A stretch of 57,261 nt of DNA, from contig SHYL01000003.1 of NCBI GenBank assembly GCA_009692825.1, positions 1-57,261 on the forward strand. The letters are read 5' to 3'. Below the pieces are notes generated by a model, which did no database searches, was not told where the DNA came from, and saw only the letters and a program-made list of their open reading frames with translations. The position numbers and the translations under genes were made by a program. The DNA comes from Dehalococcoidia bacterium (GTDB lineage Bacteria; Chloroflexota; Dehalococcoidia; SHYB01; SHYL01). This document shows, piece by piece, positions 11,329 through 24,200 of this stretch (its first letter is position 1; each line of letters starts with the position of its first letter).

Positions 11329-12093
11329 TTATTTTTTCTTCCATAACGCATCACTTGACGCTTTTTCAGATTCACGCGCGAGGTATTCCATGTAGAAAAT
11401 TGCTTTGTCTGGACTGTCTGCGAAGACGCCGTCTGCGCCTGTTAAAAAACCTTTGCGCCAGAAGCGAGGGGAGTCGCCACCCCAGCACATAAGCTTCATT
11501 TTGCCCATGTGGGCCTGTTTCACTAGATCTGCTGTGAGCAGGGAGTAGTTGAGGTTGATCCCTGCCAGCGTGATGCTCGATGCATCCGTTATAGATGTAG
11601 GCGTAAGTTCATTGAGGTTCAGCGCGACGCTCATATTGGGCTGACGTCTACGGACGTACCTAGCAACGTCAATCCAGAACGTGTTGATGACGCTGCTGCG
11701 CTCAGCGCCGCCTTTGTGTATGAGGCTGGCGACTTCGGCAGTGACAGCTGTATCAGCAGACTTGACCTCGATATGCATTCGGCACCTGTCCGCATATTTA
11801 TTTATCGTCTCGTGAAGGAGGGGTATACGCTCGTTTTTGAAGGCTCCGCCGTACCATGAGCCGGCATCCAGGTCCTTGATGTCTTCATACCTGAGGTCTT
11901 CTATCATTCCATGACTATTAGTGACCCATTCCACATTGTCGTCGTGCAGGACGATTGGATAGCCGTCCTTCGTAGTCCGCACGTCAAATTCGATATCGGT
12001 GGCGTGCATGGCGATGGCGCGGTCGAACGCAGCGAACGTGTTCTCAGGGGTGTATGCGCTTGCGCCGCGGTGGGCAATGACTGTTATGTGCAT
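11329..12093 (-). CDS. Glycerophosphodiester phosphodiesterase family protein
   Basis: [38 protein letters not shown] motifs. Confidence 0.9.
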   Translation of the reverse strand: MHITVIAHRGASAYTPENTFAAFDRAIAMHATDIEFDVRTTKDGYPIVLHDDNVEWVTNSHGMIEDLRYEDIKDLDAGSWYGGAFKNERIPLLHETINKYADRCRMHIEVKSADTAVTAEVASLIHKGGAERSSVINTFWIDVARYVRRRQPNMSVALNLNELTPTSITDASSITLAGINLNYSLLTADLVKQAHMGKMKLMCWGGDSPRFWRKGFLTGADGVFADSPDKAIFYMEYLARESEKASSDALWKKK

Positions 12094-12713
12094 CAGGCGC
12101 TCCTCTTTAACAGGGGTTTAAGCATTTTGCCCATATTGGTGTAATCATCTTTTTGTTTATCGAAGGGGCGTGAGATCATTGCCTGCTGTCCGCAGTGGTA
12201 GAGCGGTACGAGTGCGGCTTTGTTCCATCGCGAAAGTTTGGCGACATCACGGCGGAGGTCTACTTCATGAGAGGAGACTTCGTTTAAGGACTGCAGCGCT
12301 TTTCTGCCAAGCGTGACGACTACTTTTGGTTTGATTATGTTGATGAGGCCTTTCATGTGCCTGGAGCAATTTTTAATTTCGCGCGTGGTTGGAGGCGAGT
12401 TATTCCCGTCTTTATTTTGCGGGTTGCAGAGCACGGCGTTCGATATGAATATTTCCCTGCGCTTAAGGCCGCTCAGCTTTAGGAGACTTCTGAAATTCTT
12501 TCCGGCACGGTCGCCCCACAGTGGCTTGCCGTCACGCTCAGCACCGAGCCTGCCGGGCGCCTCTGCCACGAACAGCACTTGCGTATCAGGGCTGCCATTG
12601 GCGTAGCCAAGCACGCGACGGCGGCCTTCCATGCGCGGGCACATGCGGCACGCTTGGACACGAGCGACGAGTGCGTCAAAAGACTTCGCTTTTTCGAAAC
12701 TACTTAACGCCAT
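12093..12713 (-). CDS. Uracil-DNA glycosylase, Fe-S type (family 4/5-like)
   Basis: CRMCP, FVAEAPG, SNAVLCNP, EIKNC, VVVTLG, PLYH motifs. Confidence 0.88.
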   Translation of the reverse strand: MALSSFEKAKSFDALVARVQACRMCPRMEGRRRVLGYANGSPDTQVLFVAEAPGRLGAERDGKPLWGDRAGKNFRSLLKLSGLKRREIFISNAVLCNPQNKDGNNSPPTTREIKNCSRHMKGLINIIKPKVVVTLGRKALQSLNEVSSHEVDLRRDVAKLSRWNKAALVPLYHCGQQAMISRPFDKQKDDYTNMGKMLKPLLKRSA

Positions 12714-13786
12714 TACCGCTCTTCACCATCTCGAGAAACTTGTCGAAGATGTACATGTTGTCGCGCGGGCCGGGGCTGGCTTCGGCGTGATATTGGATAG
12801 TCATCAAAGGAAGAGTCTTGTGCACCATGCCCTCGACCGTGTTGTCGTTGAGATTGATGTGGCTTACCGCTAATGATGACGGTAGGCCGTCTGCGTCCAC
12901 CGCATAGCCGTGGTTCTGGGCCGTGATGTGTACGAGGCCGCTTGTCATATCCTTCACAGGGTGGTTGCCGCCGCGGTGGCCGAACTTGAGCTTGTAGGTC
13001 TTCCCGCCGAATGCCCACGCGATAAGCTGATGTCCGAGGCATATCCCGAGCGTAGGTTTGGCTCGCGCAACGGTTAGCACATTTTGGCGTATGTTTTCTA
13101 GCAGCGCAGGGTCGCCGGGGCCCGGGGACAGCAGTACGCCGTCAGGCTTTAGCGCTAGTACATCTGCTGATGATGTGGTGGCTGGCACTACTCTGACTGC
13201 GCAGCCTTTGCTCTTGAGGATACGCAGGATGTTGTACTTGGTGCCGAAGTCCATCACGACCACCTTTGTTTTGCCGTCGGAGTTGTCCCAGTCGAAAGGC
13301 TTGTCGGTGGTGACGAGTTTTACAAAATCGATATCGTCATAGCGAGGCTGGCTCTTAAGAAACTTGAGCGCTTCCGGAGCGGACATCTGGCTCGTGAGCA
13401 CACCCATCATCACGCCTGAAACGCGGAGGCGGCGGGTTATCGCGCGGGTATCCACGCCACAGAGACCCGGGACCTTCTGGGACTTCAGAAAGGTGTCGAC
13501 GGTGCCTTCGCTGTCGCTGTGGCTAGGCATTGCGCACTCGTCGCGGATAACGAACCCTTTCACCTGTATGCTGCGGGACTCGGTGCCGTAGGCGTTGATG
13601 CCGTAGTTGCCGATGATTGGATATGTGGGTACTACGATCTGCCCGCTGTATGAGGGGTCTGTAAGCATCTCCTGGTAACCGGTCATCGACGTGTTGAAAA
13701 CGACCTCGCCATATGTTGTGGTTTCAGCACCGAATGAGAAGCCCTCAAACGAAGAGCCGTCCTCAAGCACAAGTCTGGCTTTATGT

Positions 13787-13794
<8 letters not shown>
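12700..13794 (-). CDS. carA: Carbamoyl-phosphate synthase small subunit
   Basis: GEVVFNTSMTGYQE, SPGPGDP, GICLGHQ, QYHAEASPGP; start set at MPEHKA. Confidence 0.97.
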
Positions 13795-15148
<1,354 letters not shown>

Positions 15149-15159
15149 TTATTTAGCCT

Positions 15160-16149
15160 TCAACTGTGAGCTAACGATGTTTCATTTGGCTTTGAGCCAG
15201 CCAGCAGCATATAAAGCAGCGCCATTCTTACAGCGACCCCGTTTTTGACCTGCTCTTCGATCACGGAGCTTTCATGCTCCACAAGTTCTGAGGAGACCTC
15301 AACGCCGCGGTTAACGGGACCAGGGTGCATGAGCATGACGCCGGGCTTCGCCAGTTCCAGGCGTTTGGGTGTGATTTGCCATCTTTCTGAATATTCGCCA
15401 AGGCTTGGCAATAGTCCTGATTGCTGTCTTTCTGTTTGGAGACGCAAGGCCATGATGACGTCCGCATCTTTTACCGCTTTGTTAACGTCATATTCGATTG
15501 TCAGAGAACCTTTGCCATTGTGCGGATACGCCTCAATAAATATTTTGGGCAGGAGCGTCGGCGGCGCGCACAGGACGATTTCAGCGCCTACGTTAAGCAG
15601 GCCCCAGATGTTGGAGCGTGCGACTCTGCTGTGGAGCACGTCCCCTACAAGCGTTACTTTCAGATTGTCGAGCCGCTTTAGCTTCTCGCGAATCGTGTAC
15701 AGATCAAGCAAAGCCTGTGATGGGTGGGCATGCCATCCGTCGCCTGCGTTGATGACGTTGCAGTTGACGTTTTGTGCCAGCAGATATGCAGCGCCTGAGC
15801 TTGGGTGACGTATGACGATGATGTCAGCGCCGGTTGCCTGGAGGGTCTTGCCTGTGTCTATAAGCGATTCGCCTTTTGAAATGCTGCTGCTTTGCGCGGT
15901 GACATTGATTACGTCCGCACTCAAAATCTTGCCGGCCTGCTCAAAGGAGACGCGGGTGCGAGTGCTGGCTTCGTAAAACAGTGTGATTATCGTCTTGCCG
16001 CGTAGCGCTGGGACCTTGCGTATGTCCCGCTGCATGATTTCTTTCATGGCGTCGGTTGTTTGCATAACCGAGTCGATATCGGCCCTGGTGAAATTATCGA
16101 GGTCAAGGATATTTTTATGCCATTTGCTTGTAGGTGTAATGGTAGTCAT
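15160..16149 (-). CDS. pyrB: Aspartate carbamoyltransferase catalytic subunit
   Basis: [38 protein letters not shown]. Confidence 0.97.
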   Translation of the reverse strand: MTTITPTSKWHKNILDLDNFTRADIDSVMQTTDAMKEIMQRDIRKVPALRGKTIITLFYEASTRTRVSFEQAGKILSADVINVTAQSSSISKGESLIDTGKTLQATGADIIVIRHPSSGAAYLLAQNVNCNVINAGDGWHAHPSQALLDLYTIREKLKRLDNLKVTLVGDVLHSRVARSNIWGLLNVGAEIVLCAPPTLLPKIFIEAYPHNGKGSLTIEYDVNKAVKDADVIMALRLQTERQQSGLLPSLGEYSERWQITPKRLELAKPGVMLMHPGPVNRGVEVSSELVEHESSVIEEQVKNGVAVRMALLYMLLAGSKPNETSLAHS

Positions 16150-16698
16150 CTAGTCCTCACGCCTGGTTACTACGACTTCGTCCAGGCCGTCCGTCTCGAT
16201 CAGCCTCACGATTACGTCCTCGTTTACAGATGTGGGTATGTTCCTGCCCACGTAGTCGGCCCGAATCGGAATCTCTCTGTGGCCCCTGTCTATAAGCACG
16301 GCCAGCTGGATAGAGCGCGGCCTGCCAAAATCAGTGATTGCATCGAGCGCCGCTCTTATGCTCCTGCCTGTAAAGAGCACATCGTCAAAGAGAACCACAC
16401 GCTTGTCGCTGAGACCTTCGGGGATATCGGTCTTCTTTACTAAAAGGCGCCCTCTTGAGGAGAGGTCGTCCCGATACAGTGATATGTCCAGCGAACCTAC
16501 CGGAACGTCTTTGTCCTCAGCCTGCTTGACGCTCTGCGCGACACGCTTCGCAAACGGAACGCCACGCGTCTGCATGCCCAAGAAAAGGAGGTCGTCAGTG
16601 CCGCGGTTTCGCTCCGTGATTTCATGCGCTATGCGGACCGAGGCCCTGCGCATGTCCTCGGCCGTCATCATTATTTTTTCAGAGCTTGCTTGTGGCAA
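16150..16698 (-). CDS. pyrR: Bifunctional pyr operon attenuation regulator / uracil phosphoribosyltransferase (TTG start)
   Basis: [49 protein letters not shown]. Confidence 0.96.
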   Translation of the reverse strand: MPQASSEKIMMTAEDMRRASVRIAHEITERNRGTDDLLFLGMQTRGVPFAKRVAQSVKQAEDKDVPVGSLDISLYRDDLSSRGRLLVKKTDIPEGLSDKRVVLFDDVLFTGRSIRAALDAITDFGRPRSIQLAVLIDRGHREIPIRADYVGRNIPTSVNEDVIVRLIETDGLDEVVVTRRED

Positions 16699-16790
16699 AA
16701 TAAAACCCCTTTTTACGGCAAGGGGTTTGATAGATACAGATATACATTCTGAATTCCCTTGCCAGCCTCACAGGACCGAATTAAAGGTCT
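16697..16790 (-). promoter_or_regulatory. PyrR-binding attenuator (binding loop, antiterminator, terminator)
   Basis: Minus strand reads CCTTTAATTCGGTCCTGTGAGGCTGGCAAGGG (PyrR-site consensus CUUUAA..RGUCCnGnGAGGCU) at 16756-16788, then hairpin AAACCCCTT-GCCGTAAA-AAGGGGTTT plus U-rich tail at 16697-16728; GGCAAGGG can pair with CCCTTGCC as the antiterminator. Confidence 0.93.
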
Positions 16791-16818
16791 TTGCAGATCA
16801 CTTATTCAATTGCAAGCG

Positions 16819-16847
16819 ATTGTAGCAACGGCCAAATAAGGATTCAA
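16819..16847 (-). promoter_or_regulatory. Sigma70-type promoter of the pyr operon
   Basis: TTGAAT-17 nt-TACAAT with extended TG on the minus strand, just upstream of the PyrR leader. Confidence 0.7.
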
Positions 16848-16877
16848 GGGCTTAGCGTAATGAGGAAGTGGAAGGCG

Positions 16878-18137
16878 CTATAAGTTTTTTATGAAACTGA
16901 CGATGTCAGCCATAGGTATCGTCTGTTGAGTCGCCTTCGTCATATCCCTCACGACAACGCTTTTCTGCGCAAGCTCGTTATCGCCAATGATAATTGCCGT
17001 GGGCGTTTCGAGCGCGCTCATCTGGCGCATCTGCGCCTTGAGGCTCTTGCCGCCCGACGCCACAGCCGCGCTTACGCCGGCTTTGCGAAGCTCGCTGGCA
17101 AGCGCAACAGCTTCCAAGTCAGCTGCTTTCCCGAGGTGGGCAATCATAACCTTGTAAGTTCGAGGCGATTCGACGCTGATATTCTGGCGCTTGAGGTTCA
17201 GGATGATACGTTCGATGCCTGTCGCGAAGCCCACACCCGGCGTTGGTTTGCCGCCAAGCTCTTCGATGAGGCCATCGTAGCGGCCGCCGGCAAGGATGGT
17301 GCTCTGTGCGCCCTCTTCCTGCGGCTGGATCTCAAATACGGAACGCGTGTAATAGTCCAGGCCGCGCACCAGGTTGTGGTTTATGACCATAGGAATACCC
17401 AGTGCGTTTATGTAGCTGTTTAGCTGTTCCCAGTGCTCTTTGCACGGCGCGCATAGATGTTCAGTGGCTTTCGGCGCATCGTTAATCACTTCCTGGCATG
17501 CGAAGTCGGTCCGCTTGCAGTCAAGCACGCGCAACAGGTTTTTCTCGAAGCGCATCTTGCAGTCGGGGCAGACGCGGCCCAGGTTGGCGGCGTAGTGCCC
17601 ACGCAGCGCCTTCAGATATACGGGGCGGCACTCCTTGTCACCGATGCTGTTCAGTACCAGCGTCATGTTCCCGAGGCCTAAGTCCTGGATGAAACGCCAG
17701 CCGAGATCGATGACCTCTGCATCAATCGAGGCGTCAGCGTCTCCAATTGCCTCAACGCCGAACTGGTGGAACTGGCGAAAGCGCCCCGCTTGCGGACGCT
17801 CGTAGCGGAAGAAAGATTCCATGTAAGCGAGGCGAACGGGCTGTGGAAGAGACACCATGCCGTGCTCAACGTAAGCTCGGCATACTCCCGCGGTGCCCTC
17901 AGGACGGAGGGAAATCATGTCCCCTCCCTTATCCTTAAATGTGTAGGTTTCCTTCTCTACGATATCCGTGCCTTCGCCTACGCTTCTCACGTAAAGGTTG
18001 GCATCCTCAAACACAGGTGTGTCTATGCGGGAATAGCCAAACCGCTGCGATATTTTTGCGGCCTTCGTCTGCACATAACGCCAGTAAGGCTGATCGGCTG
18101 GGAGTATGTCAGTGGTTCCGCGCGGGGCTTTATACAA
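16878..18137 (-). CDS. hisS: Histidine--tRNA ligase (TTG start)
   Basis: APRGTTD, LRPEGTAG, FRYERPQAGRFRQFHQ, LVRGLDYY, GGRYDGL. Confidence 0.98.
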   Translation of the reverse strand: MYKAPRGTTDILPADQPYWRYVQTKAAKISQRFGYSRIDTPVFEDANLYVRSVGEGTDIVEKETYTFKDKGGDMISLRPEGTAGVCRAYVEHGMVSLPQPVRLAYMESFFRYERPQAGRFRQFHQFGVEAIGDADASIDAEVIDLGWRFIQDLGLGNMTLVLNSIGDKECRPVYLKALRGHYAANLGRVCPDCKMRFEKNLLRVLDCKRTDFACQEVINDAPKATEHLCAPCKEHWEQLNSYINALGIPMVINHNLVRGLDYYTRSVFEIQPQEEGAQSTILAGGRYDGLIEELGGKPTPGVGFATGIERIILNLKRQNISVESPRTYKVMIAHLGKAADLEAVALASELRKAGVSAAVASGGKSLKAQMRQMSALETPTAIIIGDNELAQKSVVVRDMTKATQQTIPMADIVSFIKNL

Positions 18138-18149
18138 GTGATTTATCCG

Positions 18150-19040
18150 TCAGACCGGTCTTTTGATTTTTACTGGCCTTGAGCGTGAGGCCAAAAGTAG
18201 CTTTTGCGCAGATTCATAGTTCCTGGCTCCGCCTTTGAGTATGGGCGGCACGAGGTAGATGTTATTGAACCCTGCTTCGCCAAAGCTTTGCAGAAGATCG
18301 AGCCCGATGTCTATTCCGCTCCTGCCTTTTTCCATGCTGTCGAGCATCCACTGGGGCGGATTGCCGAACAAAACGGTGTCCTTTTCGAGTATCTGCAGGC
18401 CGCAGAAGACCGGCTTTTCAAGTCTTTCGCCGTTCACCTGCCTGTAAGTTTCCATGAATGAAACAAGGTTCTTTATTTCAAATAAGGACTGCGTCAGGAA
18501 GAAGTCCACCCCCGCAGTCACTTTCTTATATGCAAGCAACGCTTCACGCTCCATGCCGTGCGCTAGATCAATAGTGGAGCCTATGCACAGGTTAGCAGGC
18601 TGGCGCAGCTGCGAGCCTTTATAGTCGATGCCATGGTTCAGGTTCTTGATATCGGCTATGAGGTCCGTCGTCTTATAGTCGCTGACGTCCTTCACTTTTT
18701 CGAGCTGTTCTGCTGTAAAGGCATCGCCCATCACCACAACGATATTCTCAAGTCCCAGCATCGAGGCGCCAAGCAGGTGGCTCTGTATTGCAAGCTTATT
18801 CATATCTCTACATGCGATGTTGAAGATAACGTCCCTGTGGGCCTGTTGTTTGATCAGATATGAAAGAGCGACTGTGTCCACGCGCACAGCCTTGCCGGGG
18901 TTATAGGCCACGCATATGAAATCGACGTCTAAGCCTTTGGCGCGCTCGATCGTAGTGAAGTCCGGCCCGCGAGGAGGTGAGAAATCACATATAAAGTTGA
19001 ACCCGCCGTTATTTTGGATGCACCTATCGGTAACCTTCAT
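18150..19040 (-). CDS. Methylenetetrahydrofolate reductase family protein (divergent MetF-like)
   Basis: DFSPPRG, ACRDMNKLAIQSHLLGA..LG.ENI.VVMGD, KKVTAGVDFFLTQ. Confidence 0.82.
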   Translation of the reverse strand: MKVTDRCIQNNGGFNFICDFSPPRGPDFTTIERAKGLDVDFICVAYNPGKAVRVDTVALSYLIKQQAHRDVIFNIACRDMNKLAIQSHLLGASMLGLENIVVVMGDAFTAEQLEKVKDVSDYKTTDLIADIKNLNHGIDYKGSQLRQPANLCIGSTIDLAHGMEREALLAYKKVTAGVDFFLTQSLFEIKNLVSFMETYRQVNGERLEKPVFCGLQILEKDTVLFGNPPQWMLDSMEKGRSGIDIGLDLLQSFGEAGFNNIYLVPPILKGGARNYESAQKLLLASRSRPVKIKRPV

Positions 19041-19098
19041 ATCGTCCTGCTCGAAAAATATTCACTGGATTTTAGCATGTGAGGCCTGTTTCTTTTTC

Positions 19099-19128
19099 TT
19101 GACCGTGTCTGTTCAGGATTGATACAAT
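19099..19128 (+). promoter_or_regulatory. Probable promoter of the coaE-cbbQ operon (divergent from the metF promoter TGcTAAAAT at 19069-19077, minus strand)
   Basis: TTGACC-18 nt-TACAAT with TGn extension. Confidence 0.55.
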
Positions 19129-19162
19129 CTTACACATTAGCTGAGACTCACAAAGGTGGTTG

Positions 19163-19789
19163 ATGTTTACCATTGGCCTGAACGGCGGCATAGGAAGCGG
19201 CAAGTCTTCAGTCAGGGACTTCCTTAAGGCTAAAGGCGCGCAGGTCATCGATGCGGATATCATCGGCCAGGAGATGTACACGACAGGTTCCACGGCATGG
19301 CAAAAAATAATCCACCAATTCGGAGAAGGTATCCTTCAGCCAGACAGAAGGATTGACAGGAAGAAGCTCGGAGAATTAGTATTTGCAGACCCTGAAGCAC
19401 TAGAAAAGCTCAACAGCATTCTTCATCCACTCATGTACCTGGAGATTAAGAATAATCTAAAGAAGATGAGAACCAAAGGCACACCGGTCGCTGTACTGGA
19501 AGCGGCGATCCTAATAGAAGCAGGGTGGGGGTCTCTTGTGGATGAAGTCTGGTTAGTCGTTGCTCCCGCAAGCGAAGTCGAAAAGCGACTCGCTGCCAGG
19601 AGCGGCCTTACACCGCAACAGGTTAAGGCAAGGTTGTCCAGCCAGATGAGCGATGTTGAGCGAAAGCAATATGCAAACGCGATCATTGAAAACGACGGCA
19701 CCATTGAAAATCTACGCGCAAAGCTAGAATTACTTTGGAAAGAAAAAATTGAAAAGAGAGGGCCTTTAATAAGAGATGCCCGAAATTAA
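19163..19789 (+). CDS. coaE: Dephospho-CoA kinase
   Basis: [39 protein letters not shown]. Confidence 0.95.
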   Translation: MFTIGLNGGIGSGKSSVRDFLKAKGAQVIDADIIGQEMYTTGSTAWQKIIHQFGEGILQPDRRIDRKKLGELVFADPEALEKLNSILHPLMYLEIKNNLKKMRTKGTPVAVLEAAILIEAGWGSLVDEVWLVVAPASEVEKRLAARSGLTPQQVKARLSSQMSDVERKQYANAIIENDGTIENLRAKLELLWKEKIEKRGPLIRDARN

Positions 19790-20663
19790 GAACTCGTATA
19801 AAGAGCGCGCAATTGAAGAGTACGTCCTCAAGGAAGATCCTTTCTATATACCTATTAAGGACGAGATAGAGCTTTTTGAGGCAGCCTATGAGCAGAAGCT
19901 GCCAGTCCTGCTAAAAGGACCCACCGGATGCGGCAAGACCAGATTTGTTGAGTACATGTCCTGGAGACTTGGCAGACCCGCGGCATCGGTCAAGAGGAAG
20001 AGCAAGAAAGAGAACGAAGGCGAGCGGCAGATCCCGCTCGTCACTATTGCGTGCCACGAAGACCTGACCGCCAGCGACTTAGTCGGACGCTACCTGCTTG
20101 AGGGCGAAGAGACCAAGTGGATAGACGGTCCTTTGACGAGAGCTGTAAGAGTCGGAGCGATATGCTATCTGGACGAAGTCGTGGAAGCGAGAAAAGATAC
20201 GACTGTTCTTATCCACCCTCTCACTGACCACAGACGCATCCTGCCCATAGAGAAGCGCGGCATTGTGCTGGAAGCCCACGAAGGTTTCCTGCTGGTTATT
20301 TCTTACAACCCCGGTTACCAGAGTGCATTGAAGGACCTGAAGCAGAGCACACGCCAGCGCTTCATCGCCATCGAGTTCAACTATCCTCCCAAGGAGATAG
20401 AGAAAGAAATCATCAAGCATGAGAGCGGCGTGGATGCTCAGACCGCCCTTGACCTTGCGAGGCTTGGCGAGAAGGTTCGTAACCTCAAAGACCACGGGCT
20501 TCAGGAAGTCGTCAGCACGCGTCTCCTGATTTACGCGGGCCGGCTGATAGCGATGGGAATATCTCCAAGACGCGCCTGCGATGCGGCGGTCGTGTACGGC
20601 ATCATCGACGATCCAGAAGTGCAAAAGAGCCTTCAAGAGGTTGTTTCGACGATATTCGAATAG
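19776..20663 (+). CDS. CbbQ/NirQ/NorQ-family MoxR-type AAA+ ATPase
   Basis: [74 protein letters not shown]. Confidence 0.95.
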   Translation: MPEIKNSYKERAIEEYVLKEDPFYIPIKDEIELFEAAYEQKLPVLLKGPTGCGKTRFVEYMSWRLGRPAASVKRKSKKENEGERQIPLVTIACHEDLTASDLVGRYLLEGEETKWIDGPLTRAVRVGAICYLDEVVEARKDTTVLIHPLTDHRRILPIEKRGIVLEAHEGFLLVISYNPGYQSALKDLKQSTRQRFIAIEFNYPPKEIEKEIIKHESGVDAQTALDLARLGEKVRNLKDHGLQEVVSTRLLIYAGRLIAMGISPRRACDAAVVYGIIDDPEVQKSLQEVVSTIFE

Positions 20664-20679
20664 CCTCCGGGGCGAGATA

Positions 20680-21255
20680 ATGGTTCATTCCGCGCGAGAC
20701 AGAATCAAACAGGTATTGAATCAGAGGAGCACATCTACTGCGGCCCCAAAGATGGAATACATTCTTTCGGGCGTAATCGTCCCTATATTTCAGAGGGATG
20801 GCGCCGACCATATCCTCTTCATAAAACGCTCCGATAGCCTATCCAGACACGCGGGACAGATGGCTTTCCCGGGCGGCGTAAAAGAAGATGGCGATGCGTC
20901 AATTTTGCACACTGCTTTGCGCGAAGCCCACGAAGAAGTTGGATTAGCCGAGTCTGACATCGAGATTCTCGGTGAGCTCGATCCTGTTATGACCTCTCTG
21001 AATTTCATGATAACCCCATTTGTTGCGGCTATCCCACACGATTACGATTATTGCGCCAGCGTCGATGAAGTATCGGAAATAGTGGAAGTGCCGGTAGCAA
21101 ACCTGTTGAACAGCGCCAACTTTCACATTGAAAAACGGGAATACAATTCCAAATTGATAGATTCATACGTTTATGATTACAATGGACGAACTATATGGGG
21201 AGCGACCGCTCGCATCGTAAAGCAACTGCTGATCCTTGCCTACGAAGGGAACTGA
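20680..21255 (+). CDS. Nudix hydrolase, CoA pyrophosphatase (NudL/PCD1) family
   Basis: KRS..L.RHAGQMAFPGG (CoA motif), ALREAHEEVGL (Nudix box), IWGATARI; start set at MVHSAR. Confidence 0.9.
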   Translation: MVHSARDRIKQVLNQRSTSTAAPKMEYILSGVIVPIFQRDGADHILFIKRSDSLSRHAGQMAFPGGVKEDGDASILHTALREAHEEVGLAESDIEILGELDPVMTSLNFMITPFVAAIPHDYDYCASVDEVSEIVEVPVANLLNSANFHIEKREYNSKLIDSYVYDYNGRTIWGATARIVKQLLILAYEGN

Positions 21256-21266
21256 AAAGGTAAAAC

Positions 21267-24200
21267 ATGAGAGCATGGAATGAGAAGCTAAGGACTATAG
21301 AAGTAGACTTGGAGAAGATTTCTCCGATGCTGTCCGACGAGTTTCGCAGGGCTGGCCAACAGATGGATGCGCTGGACGATGCCACATTTTTCAAATGGGC
21401 TCAGGACGGCCTCGATATCGCAAAGCACTCACTGCGCTCATGGGAAGCCGCCAGCGACTACTTCCGTTCCACGCCAAACGTCATGAAGAAGCTTCCGCCC
21501 ACTGACATACGCCTGTGGGTTGCGCCAGGCAAAGACCTCGCCGAGGAATCTGCTGTACTGGCTGGAGCGTATTTCAGAGCATCCGCGCAGACACTGGAGT
21601 TCCTTGCGTCAAAAGACCTTAGCGAATGGGCGACGATAGGGAAGAGCCTATACAAGGGCACATGGAAATCAACATCTCTGGCCGCGGCATTTTACGATAC
21701 GACACCTAAGCTCGCGAAGTACCTGAACCTCGACGAAATCGCAAGGTTTGCGCTGCTTCTGGATGCGCTTTCCGTTCACTCTTACGACCAAGGTTCAGAA
21801 TGCCTGAAGATGGTGGACCAGGTATTCAGCAGCCTTGAGAAGCCAGACAGACAGCCTTTCCTCCAGCTGGCGGCAGTGATGATAGATAACAACTGGCGTG
21901 ACGTCCGCACCTATTTAGACTTAGGGCCGAAGATAATCAACCGCATACGCAAGGAGCACAGGAAGGTGTTCCTCGCGCTCGCCGAAGCAACAGCGGGTGC
22001 GGATAATTGCTCGCCTCTGACCTTCATAGTCGATGCGTCAAAGGCGCTGGACGAAATAGCCCCTCACGACCATTTTAACTTCATAACCATCACAGAATCG
22101 GTCCTCAAAAAATCGCCGATGGCGGCGCTTGAGTTTCTTCACTCAGCCCCAAAGGTGCTGGTGAAGATAAAGATGGACCAGATGCAGACATGGGTGAATG
22201 GAGGGTTGCAGATACTGGCCGAAAATCCTGATGGAGGGATGGCTTACTTTAAGCTGGAATCCAAGCATGCCATAGATATCATGGAAGACATTTCAAGCAC
22301 ACTGGAGCTGGATAAGATACGCGAAGTGCTCAGTATGTATTGCCAGGCGCTCGCCGGCTCACATATGCAGATCAAGAATTCGGAGACGCTTACCGAAAAG
22401 GGCATAGGCTGGACCTCCATAGAAAGCGCATCGACCGAAGGTACCGCTATATTCCTACCGCCTTCCGCCAAGAAATACCCATCTAAGCTTGAAAACTTCG
22501 GTTGGTATAAAATCCTGTCCACTCACCAGGTTGCACACCTGGAATACGGAAGCTTCCAATTTTCGTTCGGCAAACAGCCGTTCCTGTTCAAGGAATATCT
22601 ATGGCAGGATTTGACACGCGTAACAGCAGGACGAAAAACTCAAGCTTTGAGCGACATACAACGCTTCTTCAGCATATTTCCGAATAAGAGGCTGGTATCG
22701 GATATCTTCATGCTGGTGGAAGACGGACGCATCGATGCGCAGTTCAAGCGCGAGTACGCTGGTATAAGGCAGACGTACAGCAAGATACAGAAGACGGCGC
22801 TGGCAGAGCGCCCGCCATTCGAATCGCTGCCCGGACAGGAAGCGCTAGTTGAAGTACTTGTCAGGGTCAGTCTGCAGCAGGGAGGCATTGTCCGCGTGCC
22901 GAGTCAGAAGCAAACGCTGGTGAGGAGCATCGTGGATATCGCCAGGTCTGTACAGGTAGAGGGGGCGAATGTTGAAGATACGGCCCAGGCGACCGTGCTC
23001 ATATACGAAATAATCGCCAAGGTCAAAAATACCCCGCAGGAAGGCAACCAGGACCAGTCCGATACCGAGGTCAGCGACTCGGAAGGCATGCCGTCGGCAG
23101 AAGAGTTGAAGGCGCTGATGGAGAAGCTGGACCAGGAAGGCGCTAACCCCAAAGAGACCGAATACAAGAGTCCTCAGAAGGTAGAGTACCGCGGCGAGTT
23201 CAAGCCCGAGCTCGTGCAGGCGCTGAATGAGATGCGTAAGCAGAACGAAGAGGATAGCGAAGAAGAGGACGGCAAGCCTGAGTTCGATGAAGAGGCACTG
23301 AAAGAGATGCTCAAGGACAGCACCGAGATCGAACAGATGGAAGGCTCCGAGCAGGACATGATGGAGCTGACTGAAGAGATGATCGAGAAGCTCATGCAGG
23401 AGGCGGCAAGCCAGGATGACCAGGACCCGCAGGCCGGTTCGGGGCAGTCCGATAAGGACCCCAACAGTGACAAGCCGCTGACCGTGTCTAAGCCCAAGCA
23501 ATATCTATACGACGAATGGGATTTTCGGGCGGTCGATTACAAGCCCAGGTGGTGCATCGTTAAGGAGCGCCCGCTGGAGGAAGGCTCGCCTGATTTCTAC
23601 GATAAGACGCTGACCGGCTACTCAACGCTTGTAGCGCAGATCAAGCACCAGTTTGAGATGAGCCAGCCCGAGCAGTTCAAGAAGGTCAAGCGGCTACCCG
23701 ACGGAGATGAGTACGATTTCGATGCCGTTATCGAAGCAATCGTAGAACGCAGGGCTGGAAGCACTCCAGATGATAAGGTCTACTGGCGCCGCAACAAGAT
23801 CGAGCGTGACGTGGCCGTAGCGCTGCTGCTCGATATGAGCGCGTCTACTGCGGAGGCGATCGAAGACGGTCGGCAGGCCGAGAAGTGGGACTACCGCAAC
23901 GACCCGCATGACTACATGCAGTGGCTGCGCCAGCACAAGGAAGAGGGTGCGAGGCGCGCCAACAAGCGCATCATCGATGTTGAAAAAGAGAGCATCGTCC
24001 TGCTGATGAAGGCGCTGGAAATCCTAGGCGATAGGTATGCGATCTACGGCTTTTCCGGCTACGGCCGCGAAAACGTGGAGTTCTACCTGATAAAGGAATT
24101 TAAAGAATCTCTGACCAACCACGTCAAAGCGCGTCTGGATAAAGTGACGCCTATGCACGCTACCCGCATGGGGCCGGCCATAAGGCACACCACGTCTAAG

